DNA from: Salpingoeca rosetta
Lineage: Eukaryota > Protista > Choanoflagellata
Reading direction: 5' to 3'
Length of the DNA stretch: 64,000 nucleotides
NCBI GenBank assembly: GCA_033442325.1
Contig: JAWQFM010000010.1
Span: 625,382-689,381 of the forward strand
The notes under the pieces were generated by a model. It had not been told where the DNA came from, did not search any database, and saw only the letters and a program-made list of their open reading frames with translations. This document shows, in pieces, positions 24,805-38,693 of the stretch (its first letter is position 1; every line of letters starts with the position of its first letter). The position numbers and the translations under genes are program-made.

Positions 24805-25185
24805 CATCTGTCTTTATGTCTTCTTCCCCTTCATCTTCTTCTATTTTCTTTTATTCTATTCTCTTCCAATTATTTACTTCGCTTCACATCTTATCTACAA
24901 TCTTCTCTTTTCTTCGCTTCTGCCTCAAACAACTCATTACATGTCTTTTCTTCAACTAAACACGTTCACTCGTACACACGCTCTGCTAATGTCTGCTCTT
25001 CTATTCTATTCTATCTCCATCTCCATGCGTGCATTTCCTGTTCCTGTCCAAAACCATGCATCTCGTTCTCATTCGGGCACCATTGCATCTGCGACGACTA
25101 GACGCGGCGCCACCACGATGACAACAGAAAACGTGTGCATGAGTACCGCCAGGGCGCAGTGTGGCGGCGACGGTGACTGGTTTGG

Positions 25186-25231
<46 letters not shown>

Positions 25232-25339
25232 GACACACACACACACACACAACAACAACAACAGCAGCAGCAGCAGCAGCACGCACACAACTGCACCACA
25301 CAGCAGCAACAAAGACAAACAACAACTGCAGGCCCAAAG

Positions 25340-25901
25340 ATGGACCATGCGACGGCGAGTGCGGTGGCAGGTGGGGCTGCCGGTGCGATATCCAGGTTCG
25401 TCGTGACGCCGTTTGATGTGGTCAAGATCCGGCTGCAGCTGCAAGTGGAAGAGGTCAGCCACAGTTCTCTTGGGCGATACCGCAGTTTGCAACACTGTGT
25501 CCGTGACATGTACAAGCATGAAGGCATGGCCAGCTTTTGGAAAGGCCACACCGCATCACAGCTCCTCTCCATCTCCTACGCTGCGGTTCAGGTAAGCTTG
25601 TGTGGAAAGACGAGGGGGGAGGCAGGATGTGTGGTGCACATGGTTTGTGTCCGCAGCGTGTGCTGCTCTGCAAAGCGCCTTGTGTGTCTTGACTTGATCA
25701 CCCTTGTATCTCGGCCAACTGTGCTGTGTTGTCTTGTCTCGCCTCCACACGACAGTTCCCCGTGTTTGAGGGCGTTCGCGACATGCTCACAACAGAACAG
25801 CAACGACTATCAAAAGAAGGTGTGTGTGTGTGTGTGTGGGTGTGTATGTGTGTGTGTGTGCGTGTGCGGAAGTGTGGATGCCTCTGCTCATGTCATTGCT
25901 G

Positions 25902-25974
<73 letters not shown>

Positions 25975-26929
25975 CGTGTGTTGCGCTCACGCGTGCCAAT
26001 GGCGATGCTCACTCCCGATGGCTTTGTACCTCTGGACAGGGGATGTTCGCGCGAACTTTGTGGCTGGAAGCGCCGCTGCAACCGTGGCCACCGTTTGCAC
26101 ATACCCTCTCGACATTGTTCGCACGCGCATGGTCAGCCAAGGCGAACCCAAGGTGTGTCTGCTCTGTACGTGCGTGTGTCTGCTCTGTACGTGCGTGTGT
26201 CTGCTCTGTGCGTGTGTCTGTGTGTCTGTGTGTCTGTGTCTGCTCTGTGCGTGCGTGTGCGTGCATGCGTGCGTGTGCGTGTGTGTATGTCTGCTCTGTA
26301 CGTTTGTGTTTGTGTGCGTTCCCTGCACGTGCTTCATGTGTGAGAGACAGACAAAGACAGAGAGGGTGTGTGTGTGTGTGTGCTTGCTTTCCTTGGGCAC
26401 TCTCATGAGTGTATGTGTCGCGTGCAATGTGAACGTTTTGTTCACATCGACCTCTGTGCCTCCTTTCCTCCCGCCGTGCGCTGTTCCATGCTCCCCCGGT
26501 CTCCCCCTTTTGCTTACCACACATCCAGGTCTACCGCCATGTGCTGCACTCCCTGACATCGATGATTCAACACGAGGGCATCGGCTCTCTCTACAGAGGT
26601 GTGGGCACACTCCATGGCGCATGTAATTGCGTGAATACACTTGCATATGAGCAGCTGGGAAGGAGGTAGTGTCGTTGTGAGCGCGTGCACACTGGTGGTG
26701 AGCGTGGTTCTCCTTCACACACGCACATACACACCTTAACGCAAACATTCACCTTCACATACGCATGTGCATGTGCAGGGTTGGCGCCGACACTGGTTGC
26801 GGTCATCCCGTACATTGGCACGTCCTTCTCCGTGTACATTGGCGCAAAGCGTGCGCTGGCTGCACTCTCACATGACGGACAACGAAACATCTCATCCACC
26901 TTTGAAAAGGCGCTTGCAGGGTACGCACG

Positions 26930-27012
<83 letters not shown>

Positions 27013-27158
27013 TTTGCGTGTATGTGTGTGTAAGTTGCGTGTTTGTGTAAGTTGCGTGTGTGAAGTACGTCATGCAGCCACCTCTTCAACACACCAAACA
27101 CAACATACCCTCACGCACAATGCACACTCACACACACACACTCACTCACACACTCACT

Positions 27159-27190
<32 letters not shown>

Positions 27191-27481
27191 AACAGGGCGA
27201 TATCCGGGGTGGTGAGCAAGACGCTGGTGCATCCGATTGACATTGTGAAGAAGCGGTTCCAAGTGATGGACTTTGGGCATGCGCGGGACAAGTTTGGGTT
27301 TGGCGCCACCGTCCGCTACGAGAGCAGCTGGCACGGCCTGGTGTCGATCCTTCGCCAGGAGGGCGTGCGTGGGCTCTTCAAGGGCCTCACCCCCTCCTTG
27401 GTCAAGGCCGTGCCGTCCAGCATCATCACCTTTCTCGTCTACGACTCTCTTCGACAGCTCCTCATCCACAGCGAGCTCTAG
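25340..27481 (+). CDS. SLC25A19: Mitochondrial thiamine pyrophosphate carrier, multi-exon
   Basis: Three carrier motifs: PFDVVKIRLQLQ, YPLDIVRTRM, HPIDIVKKRFQV. FWKGHTASQLLSISYAAVQF and SKTLV..GLFKGLTPSLVKA are typical of TPC1/SLC25A19. Confidence 0.88.
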
Positions 27482-27542
27482 GCTTCTTTTGCTGTACATT
27501 TGTTACACGCTGCACGTGCTTCTTCTAACTTAAAACAGATAT

Positions 27543-27870
<328 letters not shown>

Positions 27871-28688
27871 CAAAAACAGACCATGTCCGGTGCGCCAAAT
27901 TTGATGTCACCCACATGTAAAAAAAGGATGGAAACTACCACGCTCTATTGTTAAATTCGGTGACGCGATGTCCGTTACAAAAACAAATTTTTTTATTGTG
28001 TCCCCGACCGTTGCTGCTCCCACGACCAACCAACGAACAGCTCCCAACCACCACCACAACACTGACTCACACACACACTGACGAATCGCCACACACGCCG
28101 TTGAACCACCCAACCGTTGTTTGCCCTCTTTGCACGCACGCATGCGAGTCACTTGGGCGACCAATCAACCAACCCACCAACCAACCACCACAACCAACCA
28201 ACACAACCAACCAACCAACCAACCAACACTCAATAGCCAACCAAGCTGCACCAGCCCTCGACAGGCGCACCTGCCGTCATCGCCTTCCAAGCGGCTTGCA
28301 GCCCATTGTGTTTGAGCCAGTCAGTCACACACGCGATTCCCTCTGACTGCGCGTTGGTGCAGCTACCAATCATCCATTCCTCGACAAGAGGTGAGACCAC
28401 CCACCACCCACCACCCACCACCAGGACGCCTTGTTCTCGCTTGCTCTGCGGCGCGCGCTTTTTTGACTTTCGCTTCGTTGTGCATCGCCGTTGGGTCCAT
28501 CCGTTGGCTCGTTCGTTGGCTGCTGGCTAGCTCGCCAAGTCCGTTGTTCGAGTGTGTGATGTGAATCAGCGATTTGGCGATGATGTGACAACTGATTTCT
28601 CTCGCCGCTGTGCCGCTGTTGGACACACGCTCACGCACAACCACCCATCTGACATTTTCACCTGCAACCGACGGGACTGACGAATCTG

Positions 28689-28761
<73 letters not shown>

Positions 28762-29560
28762 AAAGCTGACGCCCCTGACATTGGCCTGAGCTCGCCTATC
28801 CGTCAGGGCAAGAAACTATCGTTTTCCATCCAAGTCTGTGCCTGCCTTTGCGCTCCTCTGCCTTCCCAACGTACGTGCACCTGGCATGTTTTGACTTGTC
28901 GATTGCCGTTGTGACCATTTTCATCTCCCTCTGTGCGTCTGTGCCTTCGGTTGCTCGCCCCCCCCCCCCCGTCTTGTTCCTTCATTAACACACCTCCTCC
29001 TCCTCCTCCTGCTTCATATCCGTTGGTGATTGTTTCAACGGTTATCATTCCCCTCCTCCCCGCCTCCTCTTTCACATTCACTCACTCCACTTTCCTCCAC
29101 CATCAATACCTCTCGACACAACCAACCGTACCTCCTCACTTCTTGGTCTCCTCGACAGACAGCCTACCCCTCAATCGACCAAACCCACTTCTTCCGCTTC
29201 CCTTTCGACACGACCTCAAGCGACGAACCAGCTTCCACCTTAGGTGAGTGGGCCGGTGCCACCATCAACATGGTCATTCCACACCCATCACAAGTGCAAG
29301 GGAGGCACTTCCCGACCACACCGCTCCATCGACAAAGCATTGGCGCATCACCGCACTCTACCACACGCATTTCCCACACTTGTACTCACTCACGTGCTTG
29401 CCTCCTTGCTCTGTCCCTCGCTTGCTTGCTTGGCAATAATAGGACAGACACTAGGGACACACATCACGCTTCACTAGACGAACCAACCCCCTTTTTGTCT
29501 TTCTTTCTCCCGTATCCCACCTTCCATTTCCCCACAACCGACACAACAAACCGAGCAACC

Positions 29561-32085
29561 ATGGACACCGACCAAGCTTCACACCACGGTACCGTGCCAG
29601 AGGGGTTCTTCACCAACATGCCAGATGAGCTCACATCCAACATCCTCGCCTTTCTCGACATGAAAGACCTCTGCCAAGTCGCTCAGGTAATGAGTGCATG
29701 CCCAACATGCAGTGTTGTCTTGTTGATATCGTGTGTGTGTGTGTGTGTGTATGGCAATGCACACGTGTGATGTGTCTTGTCTGTCGACCCGCTTGTGTGG
29801 CATGCACGCCGTTGGCCTTCGACATGGCAGTCTCACAAAGCCGCAACCTCTCACGCCTTTCCTTGCACATTTCTCTCCCTCCCCCCCTCTCTTCCAACAG
29901 ACGTGTCGAAAGATGAACGAGCTCGCATACACACGATCAGTCCTCTCTAAAGTCTCCTTTGAAGGATTGTGGCCCACCAAGGACACGGCAGACGCATTTG
30001 CAAGGTTGGTCTTGTGTGTGTGCTGGTGTTCGTTCACTGCATGTCGAGTGGCTACCTTACTTGTTGCTTGTGCTTTCTTGTTTCACATGGCTTGCGCGTG
30101 TGCTTGTGTTCCAGCACCAACGTCCGCCCGACTACACGCGCGCATGCACGCGCACACACCCTCTCTCACGCAAACTCACACCCTCCCCCTTTCTTTGCAT
30201 GTGACCACAGGGCTGCGGATGCAGGCAACAACGAAGCTGCCCTCAAATATGGCATTGCTTGCCTTTATGGAAAGAGAGGTGCGCACTGCCAGTTACACGT
30301 GGTTGTCACTTGCCCTGTCATTTGCGTGGCACGCCTTGCATGCATCATGCCTGCAGCGTTCTGTTTGGTAGTTGTTTGCTGTAGTGTCCTTTTCTTGCTC
30401 TTTGGACAGAGCACAAACCTGTGCCGCTTTTGCGACAGCTGCTCACATGCTTTGCTTTGTGTGCATGTTCAACCTTGCAGTGGACAGCGATGCCACGACA
30501 GCACTCAAGTATCTGCTGCAAGCAGAGAAGCTGTGTGCGGGCACCACCCCCTTTGTATGGCTTCTCTTCCGCCCGCCATGGACTAACGACACGTGCTCAA
30601 AGGCTTGTGTCTTTCAGCAAATGCACGCCATGGCAGAGGTACGCGCATGCGTGTGTGTCGCGTCGGGTGTTGAAATGTGCGCCTGTAGCTTTTGTGTGTG
30701 TGCGTGTGCTTTGTGTGTGTGCGTGCGTGTTTGTGGTCTCTGGGTTGCTTTGCGTGGTTGTTGGCAGTGCATTCACCTTGCGTTGTCACTTGCGAACATG
30801 CAACCACCCAGGATCCAAGCACAGACCCCCACCTCGCTGGCCGCATGTATTACTGTGTGGCGAAAACCCTCGAGCTTCACGAGGTGCGTGTGTGCGCGTG
30901 TGTGCGCCTGCTTGTGCTCACAAATTGGTGTCATCTCTTGACTGGCCTGCCTGCGCATCCCCGCCATTGCTTGCCCTGCGCTCAACCCCATCCACCGCCA
31001 CCGCCACCACCACCACTTGTTTCTCGTTGCGTGCTGACTGCATTCCTTAGGAGAGAGACGAGCGGGAGGTTGTTGAAGCGCTACAAAAGGCCGAACTGAT
31101 GCACTGCGCAGACGCCGTCCACGACCTCTTTGTCAAGGACCCGACAGCGGTGAGCCAACGCAATCTTTGCTCCTGCTCTTCTTCTCTCCTTTGGGATCAT
31201 TATCATCGTCAGCACACACACGCGCGCACACACACACATATACTGCTGTGCACGTTTGCCGGATGCTCACCGCCTTTGGTCGCTTTCCACGTGTGATTGC
31301 TCAGTACAACGACGATGAGGAGCACTCGTTTACGCGGGAGAAGCGGCTGCTGCAGGCTGCCCGCGAGTGCCCGCGCCTCCGCTTTGCCGCCATCCGCCAT
31401 TTTACGCGCGCGCGCGAGATGTACGAACCAAAGAAGCGCGAGCTCTTCCGTGAGGTGCGTCCACTCGCAGCTTGCTTTCCGTTGCACTGTGTGCATGTGG
31501 GGGGCGGGTGTGCTTGTTGTGCCATTCGGTCCATTATGTGTTATTTGGACGTGCGCATGTGGTTGTTCACGTTGCTTCAAGCCGCTCACCTTACGTTCGG
31601 CCTCCCCTTCGTCACTTTAACCACCACCGCCACCGCTGGCAGACGGTTGAGCTTGGGATGGAGAAGTTGCGGCTGCGGAGTGACGCGCCGCCGCCGGCAC
31701 AGCCCGAGCTGGACAGTCAGGGCAAGATGCGGTTTATCCTCGTCGACTGGCTGCTGGAGGTGGCCAGCCTCAAGATGTACTCCATCGACACGCTGCACTG
31801 CGCCGTGGACATGGTGGACCGGTACCTTGCCACACGCACCATCACCCGCCGCACACTGCAGCTGCTCGGCATCACGTGCATGGTCATTGCCGCGCGCTTC
31901 CTCGAGCAGGACGTCGTCACCATTCGCGAGGCGGCCTGGCTGACGGAGAACACGTACGACTACGAGGACGTGGTGCAGATGGTTGCTGCGGTCCTCGCTG
32001 TTGCTGATGGCCACGTGCGCCGGCCGTCGCCAAACGACTACATCACCATCTTTGCAGAGCTCTCAAACGTACGTCGCGGTCATGC

Positions 32086-32153
<68 letters not shown>

Positions 32154-32959
32154 TTGTGGCCTCTTGCCCATTTCGCTTCTGCCGTGGTGTTCTCACATCC
32201 ATGCGTGTGCGCGTGTTTGTGGTTCTGTCACATTGTCTTTCCTGCCTCCTCAGGTCCCGGTGCACATTCGCTGCTTCATGGACTACGTGTCTGAGTCGTG
32301 CCTGCTGCACCAGCCCACGCTGACCCACGCCCCCGCGGCCCTGGGCGCCGCCATCTACTTTGTCTCCATGCACCTTGTTGGCTGCAAGTCTGCATGGCCG
32401 TCAAGCCTCACCAGCAACTCGGACCTCCGCGTGAGCCACTTTCAGGAGGAGATTATGGAGGTGTTTCGCTGCCTGTTTGTGCGAGAGAAGATCACCGACC
32501 ACCGCGGCCTGGAGCTGCGTGCTGTTGAGGACAGATACACGCGCGCCCTGGAGCGGGGCAACATGCTGCACCTCCGGTTCACGCTCGAGTCACAGACGTC
32601 CGACAACCTGCAGAAGACCATCGACCGACACATTATGGTGCGTCCGGTGTGCGTGTGTGTGTGTGTCTGTGTGTGTGTGTGTTGTTGTGCGTGGAGGCTG
32701 GGATGGTTTCTTGTGAGTTTGTAATCCATTGTGTCGTGTGTGTGTGCTGCAATGGGAATGATTGACGCTGCAGTATCTCACCTGCGACATAATACCACAC
32801 CACCACCCCTCTCTACGCGTGACACGACAGGAGGAGCGTCGGATGATTCGCAGCAGCGCCCAGACGCCAACACCGCCGCTGTCCAAGATGACATCGCTCC
32901 CGCTCCACGAGATCACAAACGTTCCCGCCCGTCCGCCAAAGCCACAGTTCTCCCCGTAA
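29561..32959 (+). CDS. CCNF: Cyclin F (F-box plus cyclin box), multi-exon
   Basis: F-box FTNMPDELTSNILAFLDMKDL. AADAGNNEAALKYGIACLY and PFVWLLFRPPW..TCSKACVF are cyclin-F-type motifs. Cyclin box MRFILVDWLLEVASLK..TLHCAVDMVDRYL..LQLLGITCMVIAARF. Confidence 0.88.
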
Positions 32960-33104
32960 CCCACGCCCACAGTGGTGCCTTCTTCCCCTCCCCCGTTGAC
33001 TTCGTTTTTTTTGGGGGGGGGGGGCGGAAGAGGGAGAGAACTTGCTGGCGTGATTTCTTTCTTTGCTGTTGAGCACGTGTCAAAGGACTGTGCTCATGTC
33101 GTCA

Positions 33105-33141
<37 letters not shown>

Positions 33142-33560
33142 CTTGTTGGTGGTCACAGTGCACATGTATCTATCCGTGCCCTTCCCGCCACCTTGTCAAT
33201 TACTAGATGCCAAACTATGAGCTCGAGCCCTTGACGGGTACGCTTGCCTACTTGCTGCGTGTGTACGTGTGTGTATGTTTGTTTGCCCCTGTGCTGACCA
33301 TGCCATGCTGTCGTTTGTGATTGCATGCGCCCGTCATTCTTCTTGTTCTCTTCGCTGTGTGAGCATGTACATGTGTTCAAATGGTCCATTATTGCCAGGC
33401 TATTCCCCCCGCTTTTCTCACCACAAGCCTTCAAAGAAGCAACAAGTAAACGACCAAGCGTGTGTGAACAACAAGGCCTCACAGGATGTCGAGGACGGTT
33501 GGTTTGTTTGGGGGGGGGGGTGACATGTAAGTGTGCAGGTGTCCTCGAGTGTTTGCAGCT

Positions 33561-35461
33561 TCACATATGGCGGTGGTGTCGGCGTGCGATGCGATTTGCC
33601 CGCCTCTCTGCCGCTGCGTGAACACTCTGCTCAGCCACCGCGTGCGACGCGCGGCGCTTCTGGCCTCCAGTGCCATACTGTTGTTGCTGTTGATGTTGAC
33701 GTTGGTGGTGCTCTTCTTGGTGTTGCTGGTGCTGTTTGTGTTGGTCATTTGCTTCGCTTCTTGCTGCGTGGGTGCGGCGTGCCACTCGAAACTGTGCTTG
33801 CCGGCTGCGTTGCCTGTGCGCATGTAGGGTCTGGACACGGTAGGTGTCTGCGTTGTCAACGTGTGCGAGGAGCTCATCCTGGATGGCTGCACCCCTCTCC
33901 GCGACGCAGCGCTGGTATTCGGGGTCGTGGCGGTACGCGGTGAGGTCGTGGGAGGCGGCGTGTGGACGGTGGATGATGGCGACATCCAGCAGAACACGCA
34001 GCTCGTACCCTTGCAGTCTCAGCGCGAGGACATGCAGCACTTTGTTCCACCCAAACCCGGACAGCCGCTCATCGTACCTAGTGATCGTGACCATGATGAT
34101 GTGCGCGTGCGCGTGTGTGTGCGTGTGTGTATAGGATTCGTGATGAGGACAAGACAGACGAGACTGGCTTGGCTGCAGTTGTGGGATGTGGCGTCTGACA
34201 CCGCCATCATGTTGTACACGGACTCACCAACCTCGTACCTGGGAGCAGTGGCTGGGAGGACGAGGTAGGGCTCGTACCCCGGCTGCCAGTCCACCCGGTA
34301 TGGCTGCTGCTGCTGCTGCGTGGACGATAGCCAGCGTGTCATGTTCGTCGGCGCGTGTCCTTTCTCCCATTCTCGACTGCGAAATGCCCGCAACTCGCCC
34401 TCCTTTGCCAACCTTCGCACGCCATCCACCGTATCTGGGACACGGAACGCATACTCGTCCGTCTCCAGCGCTGGCACCACAAACGCTGTTGCACCTGTAT
34501 CACGTGCGTCCCTGTCATTCAACTGCCGGTGCAAGGTTGCACGGATGCGTGCGTAGGCGTTGCTGCTGATGACAAAGTCTGCATCGAGCATCAGCACGTG
34601 CTCTGTTGTCGCCTCATCCCAGGCAACGTTGCGCATGTAGTTGATGGGATATTCTTCCTCGTGGCCACTGCGTCCCCCACCGGCACCACAATTAGGAGTT
34701 GCTGGCGGAGGACGTGTGCCTTCCTCTCTCCTACCTCGACTGCCCGCGTTGATGTCGTACCCCTCGATCCCCTCACCACCATCAGTATCACCAGTATCAC
34801 CATCACCACCACCACCACCATCAGTGTCAGCAACTCTACCACCATCCCCGCCATCGTCATCGTGGATCCATGAGTAGACGATGTGCACACGCATGACATC
34901 CACCACCTTGTCGCGTGCCTGGTCAAGGAACGTGTCAATGGCACGCGCGTCGCTGAACCTGGCGTACACGCTGAGCGATATTGGGCCGTCCCACTGGCTC
35001 ACCAGTTCGAGCAAGGCAGGCAGTCGGTCGGCTGATGTGTGCAGCAGCAACGTCACGTCTTCGTTGTGAGGAACTCGCCTGACCTCTTGCTCCACGCATG
35101 TCACCTGCCTTTGCCCACCGCCGACATCATCACGACCAGTGTCCGCACGAAAGGCAGTGGCACCACGACCAACATCACCTCCATCTCCACCATCACCACC
35201 ACCACCGTCACCACCGGCATCCCCACCATCACGCCTACTGTCGTCGTCGACACCAAGTTGCATTTGTCGCAGATACACCTGTGCGGCTGCTGCCGTGCTG
35301 TGTGCCATCACCAGCGTTGACGAGGCTGCGTCGTTAACCCTCACACACGTCGGGCCTTTGCACGTGCACTTGAACATGCGCCGTCGTGGTTGTACCATCG
35401 CATAGTTGACGTGTGTGATTGGAGCCTGCCCTTTTACAAGTCGCCTGTGGTCTGAAGGGGG

Positions 35462-35532
<71 letters not shown>

Positions 35533-36883
35533 GCTGTTGTTGTTGTTGTTGTTGTTGCTTCTTGACAACAGCACCACCATCCTTCAGTGCCGTGTCTTGG
35601 CTCAAAGCGCCTGTGCTGTTGTGGCACATAAATGGCACAAGGGATGCAGTGGCGCCGTTCGCTTCCACAGCACTTTGGTGCATGCGCATCAGGTGTGGCC
35701 TGAGCGGAATATCTGCCTCTTGCTTCAGCGGCGAGTTCCAGTGCAAGATGGCAGGCTGCCTCGGTGGCGGTAACCAGTACTGTCGCGGGTGCTGGTGGCC
35801 TTGGTAAGCTGGCATGAGGCATGCTGGCGCTGAGGTGTGGTCGTGGAGCTGCAGATTCCATTCGCAGGGCAGCACGCCGCCCAGCTCCCGATGCTCCAGA
35901 AACACCACGTTGAAAACGTCTTGCTCTGCGAGGGCCGTTGTCGCGCGACGAGAAGCAAGCTGTCGCCGCAGCGCCGTCTCCCACAAGTCCCGCCACCCAT
36001 CCTGGCGCATGTGGGCGAGGTGCAGCGCAAGCACGCCCGTGTTCAACCCTCGGCCGACGGCCGGCCAGATCAGGCTACTGGGGATGCCAGGGAGTGTGCC
36101 CAAGTACCAGTCGCTCTGCTGCAGGGCAGCAGCGAAGAGCCGGCGCTGCTGCTGCTGCTGCTGCTGCTGCGTGCTGTCGTCGAGGCTGTGGAGCCGGTCA
36201 CCGGCGTTGTGGTTGTTGTGCATGTTGCCATTGTTGCTGCCATGAGCGGTGTCGCTGGGGAAGAATGCCAGGCGCCAGAGCTGGCCGATGTCTGCGTGCA
36301 CGCTGAGGTCGGTATCCAGGACAATGACGTGGTCCACGTCTGGCAGCGCGCGTTCAAGCACGAGCTTGGCAAACCCGTAGGCGCCGGCAGTGTGGCGGGT
36401 TGGAATCCACGCCACCTCGTCCAACGCTGGCGTGATGTCGCGGAAGGTGCTGGAGACGCAAGGCAGGCGTGCCTGCAAACCGCCCTGAAGAAAACGCTGC
36501 AGGGAGTGGCGGGCTTCCGCGTCACACACAATGTGCAGATGAACACACACTGTCCGGTGCTGGAGAAGCGAGCGGATGGTGATGGAGGCACCACGTGCAG
36601 CGTCCACACCAGCCACAACCATTGCCACGTGCGCATGCACGGCTGGATTCGTGCTCTCGTCACAGCTCCACCTGCTGTCCTGGGCGCTGCCTCCGCTATT
36701 GCCGCCCTTGCTGAAGTTGCGGGGTTGCCGGCTGCGGTGGTGGGTTCTTGTCGTTGGCGCGGGTTCATCACTGATGTGTGGGGCGTGCACCGCGAGTAAG
36801 ACGATGGTGGTGGCCACGCCGCAGATGAACGAAGCAAGTACAAGCACCATTGCCACCTTCCTCCATCTCCTCTTCATGTGCAT
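33561..36883 (-). CDS. LARGE: LARGE-like bifunctional glycosyltransferase (type II TM, GT8 plus GT49), one intron at ~34079-34235
   Basis: N-terminal TM. GT8: VIVLDTDL, WPAVGRGLNTGV, LAEQDVFN, LPCEWNLQL, ILHWNSPLK. GT49: YPINYMRNVA, MLDADF, AFVVPALE, KGHAPTN, WQPGYEPY, YDERLSGFGWNKV. Confidence 0.88.
35462..35557 (-). repeat. (CAA)n coding poly-Gln tract between the GT8 and GT49 domains
   Basis: (TTG)n on the + strand inside the ORF. Confidence 0.9.
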
Positions 36884-37391
36884 GCTACTCAAAGAGAGAG
36901 AGAGAGTGTGTGTGTGTGTGTGTGCGGAAGGGGAAGATGAAGGTGTACGAGAGGAGGTGGGAGCTGGGAAGAGGGAGGTGAGAAGAGGGCTTTTTGCAAT
37001 GCAGCGTGAGCGCTGTTGTCTGTTGTTGATGTGGGCAGCGGGTGTTGGTCGTGTGTGATGTGTTGTGCCGCGATTCCAAACTTCCAGGAGGGACAAAGAA
37101 CAAGGGTTGTTTTCTTGTTTTGCCACACACGCAGAGGTAATTGTGATTTTGCCACATTGAAAATTGGTGGCAAAAAGCACGTGTGGCGCGAATACGCAAG
37201 AAGCACAAGAAGGCAGGTCCTTCTCTTTGCCTTTTTTCTCTGCGTCGAACGCACGTTGTGTCATCATCCACGCCGCGCTGGCATTGTTGTAACTCGCGGG
37301 TGACAGCGACAAGGGCAGTGCGCACCGCCAGTCACATCACACGGCAAACGCATCTCCCTCTCGTTCTTTGCTGAGAACACCGCACGACAAG

Positions 37392-38644
37392 ATGGGAAAG
37401 AAAGGAGGCGCAGCCGCCAGCGAAAAGGCCGCAGCGGCCAAGGCACGCAAGCAGCTGAAGAAGGAGCTGGAAAAGGCCAAGAAGGAGCAAGCCAAAGAGG
37501 TGTGTGTGTGTGTGCTGTAAGTGTCGATGGGAGAAGGGGGAAAGGAAGAACGGGAGGGTGAAGAAGTGGGTAATGCTTGGGTGGTGTTCTTTTTTTTTTT
37601 GGGGGGGGGGGGGGTCATTTGGGATAGGAGGAGGAGGAGGAGGAGGAGAGTTGGGGGGCTGGCAAGGACTCGTGCTGCTGCTTCTTGGATGACGGAATGA
37701 ATGGCAGGGGGTTGTATGTGTTTCATTCACACGGCTGCTTGGCTGCTTGCCGTCCGTACATCATCATCAGGATGCCAAGTGGGTCGATAACGACCCGAGG
37801 CGGAAGAAGGCAGAGCAGCGCAAGCATGAGCGCCAAGAAAAGCTGGAAGCCCAAGCAAAGCGCAAGGCAGAGAACAGAGCGTTGCTTGAAGAAGAGGAGC
37901 ACCAAATTGAAAAGGAGATTCACAAGGCAAAGGGGAAGAACAAGCCCAACAACCTCAAGAAGGTGAGCATTCGTGTGTGTGTGTGTATGTTTCGTGTGTT
38001 TGTTTTGTGTGTGTGTGTTTGTGTGTGCACGTGTGCGTGTGCGTGTGTTTGTGTTGTGTGTGTGTGTGCGTATTCTTGCATGTGTGCGTTATGTGTATTC
38101 TTGCACGTGTGTGTTATGTGTGTATTCTTGCATGTGCATACCTTTGCATGTGCATGTGTGCTTTCAGTGTACACACGCAAACGTCTTGAGGGTGACAAGC
38201 ACACGTGTGGTTGTTCCAACCCCCCAACCCCATGTCCAGACGCGCCGACTCACATTCTCTCTCTGCCTCTGCACCATCATGCTCGAATTCACAGTCCCGC
38301 GCACAATTGGCACTGCTGAAGGTACGCACGCTGCTTTGCGTCACTCCATCGTTCCTGCGCCTTCATAGTCTTGCACCACAGCACATTGGTCCCCGTCGCG
38401 CTCTTCTCTGCAGCGACCCTTGCTCACTCCTGATGTATGCGAATGCATGTGTACATGCTGGCTTGTTTGTCGTATTGGTGCAACGCCAGATGGAGCAAGA
38501 AAGAGAAGCGAAGCGCAAAGCAAAAGAGGCCGAGCGCGACAAGCAGAAGCTCACTGTCCAGCACTTTGCAGAAGAAAACCCAAACAAGGTGTGTGTGTGT
38601 GTGCTTGTGTGTGTGTGTGTGTGTGTGCTTGCGTGCGTGCGTGC

Positions 38645-38693
<49 letters not shown>

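Noticed and set aside
23420-26626. 1068-aa ORF
   Set aside because: Chance read-through of a FIP1 exon, an N gap, introns and SLC25A19 exons.
36884-37312. 5' extension of the 1097-aa LARGE ORF
   Set aside because: Begins at a non-ATG codon and crosses microsatellite and UTR. The ATG just before the TM segment (36883 or 36877) fits type II topology.
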